Shown here: positions 61,444 through 64,000 of the stretch, piece by piece | How positions within the stretch are numbered: the first letter of the stretch is position 1 | Layout of the letters: every line of letters begins with the position of its first letter | Virus record (IMG/VR): IMGVR_UViG_3300045988_158973 | Span: 1-64,000 of that record | Source: a virus | Strand: one strand, 5' to 3' | DNA length: 64,000 nt | Made by a program: the position numbers and the translations under genes | Notes under the pieces: generated by a model | Told to the model about the DNA's origin: nothing | What the model saw: only the letters and a program-made list of their open reading frames with translations | The model's database searches: none

Positions 61444-61467
61444 AAAAGCGTCAACGCCAAAGCGTCG

Positions 61468-62454
61468 TTACGACACGGGTTTGCCCTTTGTGTCCATCAC
61501 CACGGCGGCTTCCTCGACCTTCTCGTCCAGATCGGCCACCGTAGGAGCGCTGCCGTCCTTGGGGATGACGATACGCGCCAGCCCTACCTTCTTCCCGAGC
61601 GACTTACCCAGCATCTCTGCCAAGGCCGCCATCGGGTTGTCTTCAAGGACTTCAGCAGGCTCTTCGTCGATGATACCGTGTTCGCGCTTGTATACCTCCG
61701 ACATGGCCAAAAAGCGCGTGTGGTACTCGTTGACGATCTCTTCAGCGTCGTGCTGGAGATAGCCTTCGTCGGCCAACGTGGCCAACACTTCAGGGTTGAT
61801 AGCCACCAGGCGTTCGACGATGAACGTTCCAACGCCAAACACGTTCACCAACAGCAGGCCGTCGGTGCGGCGGTATACAGCACCCATGAGGTCGTTGTCG
61901 ACCATCACGAACTGGTTCTTCAGTTCGCGCGGATTCAGCGTGGGGACGTGGCGCATACATTCCTCAACGCCGATACCGCAGTGGCCGTAGCGGTTGTTAA
62001 CGATTTTCAGGACCGAGCGCTCGATCACCAGCCACTCAGCGTCCAACACCGGGCCGTACTTTTCGATGGCCTCAACACCAAGGGCGGTGAAGTGAAGCGT
62101 GTCGTCGTCAACGCACAACTCCAACAGCCCGGCGTCGCTACACTCGTACGACACGCGCTTGATTTCGCGAACGAAGTCTGCGCCGTCAGGGATAGGCATC
62201 ACGCGCCGCATCAGCAGGTTGGCGTCCAGCATCTGGCCAAGCCAGTTACGGACCTCGCTGTAAGGCACGGCCACTTCGTCAACACCCGTGAACGGCAGCG
62301 GGCCTTCGTCGACGTTAGGGATGAAGGGGCGGTCAGCGGCAGCAGCGGCGACGGCGTACAGGAACAGAACCTGCGTCTTGGTGATTGAGGCTTCGGCGTT
62401 GATGGCCAGCGGGGCGGTGGCGTTGAAAACGCTCGTGATAGTTTGATTTTCCAT
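61468..62454 (-). CDS. hypothetical protein (328 aa)
   Basis: Intact co-oriented ORF. The mirror plus-strand ORF 61360..62388 is rejected. No motif recognised. Confidence 0.45.
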   Translation of the reverse strand: MENQTITSVFNATAPLAINAEASITKTQVLFLYAVAAAAADRPFIPNVDEGPLPFTGVDEVAVPYSEVRNWLGQMLDANLLMRRVMPIPDGADFVREIKRVSYECSDAGLLELCVDDDTLHFTALGVEAIEKYGPVLDAEWLVIERSVLKIVNNRYGHCGIGVEECMRHVPTLNPRELKNQFVMVDNDLMGAVYRRTDGLLLVNVFGVGTFIVERLVAINPEVLATLADEGYLQHDAEEIVNEYHTRFLAMSEVYKREHGIIDEEPAEVLEDNPMAALAEMLGKSLGKKVGLARIVIPKDGSAPTVADLDEKVEEAAVVMDTKGKPVS

Positions 62455-62492
62455 TTTCGTTTTGCTATTTGGTGATTAAAAGGTTTGCGTTG

Positions 62493-62720
62493 TTATTTGG
62501 CCTCGTTCTCGAATGCCCTCAAAAGTTCACGGGTGTCGGCTATACGTTCACACAACCGCCTCACTTCTTCGTCGGTGGCGTTTTCCTTGGCGCGATTCAG
62601 CGACTTTACCTGCTCACGGTACAGCGCTACCTGTACACGGAGAGCCTCCTTGGAATGGTTTTTAGCGTAGTCACGGGCCGTAGCCATGGCCGTCGCACGA
62701 GTTACTCGATTAGGTGCCAT
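62493..62720 (-). CDS. hypothetical small helical protein (75 aa)
   Basis: Intact co-oriented ORF. Confidence 0.35.
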   Translation of the reverse strand: MAPNRVTRATAMATARDYAKNHSKEALRVQVALYREQVKSLNRAKENATDEEVRRLCERIADTRELLRAFENEAK

Positions 62721-62739
62721 AATTCACGATATTAGGGGA

Positions 62740-63039
62740 TTAAACTTCGATTTCTATTTTCTCGAACATCACACGGTCGAGGTTGAAGTCACCGAATACA
62801 GTCGTCAGGGTGTACCACGCATCAGCCACTTCACGGCGTGTTAGGCGAGGGACCATGATGGCGGTGTGGAGGTTGGCGTTGATGGTTACGTTGGTCAGGA
62901 CGTTGGTGCCGGGTAACAACTCGCGAGCCGTTATCAACCGTCGCTCTTCCGTGCGAGCACGTTCGTAGACGGACATATCACGAAGGTCGCTGTTGGCGGT
63001 GGCGTTTACGACGTAGAGGTTGATGAAAGTAGGGTTCAT
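62740..63039 (-). CDS. hypothetical protein (99 aa)
   Basis: Intact co-oriented ORF. Confidence 0.4.
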   Translation of the reverse strand: MNPTFINLYVVNATANSDLRDMSVYERARTEERRLITARELLPGTNVLTNVTINANLHTAIMVPRLTRREVADAWYTLTTVFGDFNLDRVMFEKIEIEV

Positions 63040-63044
63040 CGCTT

Positions 63045-63872
63045 TTACCAGTTTTGGAGTTCGTATTGGTTGAACGCGGCTTCAAAGCCTTCAAGACCGA
63101 GTTCTTTTAGTTGAACGTTGGCAGTGCTGATGGCAGTCGCGATCTTAGCTGCGGCGGACCCGTATACCAGCAAGAGGTCTTTAAGCGATTTAAGACGACC
63201 TGCCAACAGCAACACCCCCATCCACGCATAGCGCACGACCTGGATATTCACGTCGTCGCACGAAAAACGTCCGTGATTGTCCACCGCTGTTACCAGCGTG
63301 GGCTCATCGTTACCACTCACGCCACGGTCGATGTAGAACGTCAGCGCCGACTTTTCAACGATTTCGCCTTTAGCGTCGGCCAACCCAAACGTCACGGAGT
63401 TCTCGGTGAAACGTGCCACGCGCCAGTCTTCGCAGTTGCGGTGCTCTTCAACGAACTTATTCAACTGGGCGAGGAACGTTTTGTTTTGGCGGTCCAGTTC
63501 GGCGTTGTTGTGATTGATGGTGTTGAGCAATTCTTCTTGGCGTGCCCTCCCCTCCGGCGACCGGAGATAGGTGTCTTGGAGGTGGAAGCGCAGCCAACGC
63601 TCACGCGCTTCGCGGAACAGGCACTCCATATTCTTCAGGTAATCGACCATGTAGCGCTTCGTGTGTTGGTACTCGCCGGGCTTGAACGAGTTACCACCCA
63701 TCGTTTGGAAGGCGAGGTCGTATGCCTTTTGAGCCTTGAACGACGGCTCGGGGTTGGTGCCGGTGCGGCGGGCTTCAGCCTCGCACCAATCTTCGCGGCG
63801 CTTGAATACGTCGATAATGGCGTCCATCACCTCTTCCTTGGTCTTGAACTGGTTGATAAGGTACGTTTTCAT
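63045..63872 (-). CDS. hypothetical protein (275 aa)
   Basis: Intact co-oriented ORF. The mirror plus-strand ORF is rejected. Confidence 0.45.
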   Translation of the reverse strand: MKTYLINQFKTKEEVMDAIIDVFKRREDWCEAEARRTGTNPEPSFKAQKAYDLAFQTMGGNSFKPGEYQHTKRYMVDYLKNMECLFREARERWLRFHLQDTYLRSPEGRARQEELLNTINHNNAELDRQNKTFLAQLNKFVEEHRNCEDWRVARFTENSVTFGLADAKGEIVEKSALTFYIDRGVSGNDEPTLVTAVDNHGRFSCDDVNIQVVRYAWMGVLLLAGRLKSLKDLLLVYGSAAAKIATAISTANVQLKELGLEGFEAAFNQYELQNW

Positions 63873-63873
63873 G

Positions 63874-64000
63874 TTATTTCTTATCGTTAAATTGTTTAAT
63901 TGCTTCTACGACCTTGGCGAACTCGTCGGCGGTAAAGTAAACACGTTTACAAATCGTGTCACCCGTGCCGTAAATCAGTTCTACATAGCGTTCGTCGTTG
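63874..64000 (-). CDS. 3' end of a gene truncated by the window edge (last 41 codons plus stop)
   Basis: Open minus-strand frame from the window edge (...NDERYVELIYGTGDTICKRVYFTADEFAKVVEAIKQFNDKK) ending at TAA 63876-63874, 1 nt before the next ATG. Confidence 0.45.
   Translation of the reverse strand, partial: NDERYVELIYGTGDTICKRVYFTADEFAKVVEAIKQFNDKK

Noticed and set aside
1-64000. Alternative genetic code (stop-codon reassignment), as seen in some gut phages
   Set aside because: The standard code gives long uninterrupted ORFs with tight start/stop junctions across the whole window. The only tRNA is a sense tRNA-Gln(UUG), not a suppressor.

Overview
The window is a contiguous stretch of a tailed dsDNA phage (or the interior of a prophage) with contractile-tail, myovirus-type morphogenesis genes. 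I saw no host genes, integrase, att sites, rRNA or CRISPR. It holds about 75 protein genes, all convincingly on the minus strand and tightly packed, with many 1-13 nt start/stop overlaps. The long plus-strand ORFs in the track are antisense shadows.

In the direction of transcription (right to left):
- 64-57.9 kb: early/replication-type genes, including a DEDDh exonuclease and an HU-like protein. One tRNA-Gln(UUG) sits inside a 760-bp highly structured non-coding locus, and there is an unusual intergenic region at 61.1-61.5 kb.
- 57.2-54.0 kb: a possible small terminase, then a large terminase whose P-loop is split by a LAGLIDADG intein.
- 53.9-47.4 kb: a nucleotide / DNA-modification block. 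It contains a GT-A-type glycosyltransferase, a dUTPase with a Zn ribbon, a ferritin-like di-metal protein, a FEN-type exonuclease, and a protein that looks like an aGPT-pyrophosphorylase (thymidine hypermodification).
- 47.0-37.4 kb: portal, possible lysis genes, an acidic tandem-repeat protein, and a MuF-like head protein.
- 37.4-28.0 kb: a roughly 10-kb accessory island inserted between MuF and the prohead protease. It carries a radical SAM/SPASM enzyme, an LmbE-like deacetylase, a second glycosyltransferase, an AAA+ ATPase, a kinase-like plus ADP-ribosyltransferase-like protein, an M15-like peptidase, and a 597-aa receptor-binding-type protein.
- 27.5-0 kb: prohead protease/scaffold, major capsid, neck, sheath, tube, chaperones, tape measure, M23-peptidase hub, baseplate J and paralogous tail fibres.

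Most interesting findings:
1. A 59-bp inverted repeat pair flanks an 816-bp segment. Flipping it would swap the C-terminal tip of the 597-aa protein in frame. No recombinase is present in the window.
2. A dispersed gene set suggests a novel DNA (or virion) glycosyl/hypermodification pathway.
3. A probable capsid-delivered protein carries two enzyme domains.

A Bacteroidota-like host is weakly suggested by the lack of Shine-Dalgarno sequences and by TAnnTTTG boxes. All functional calls come from motif recognition by eye; no database search was run.
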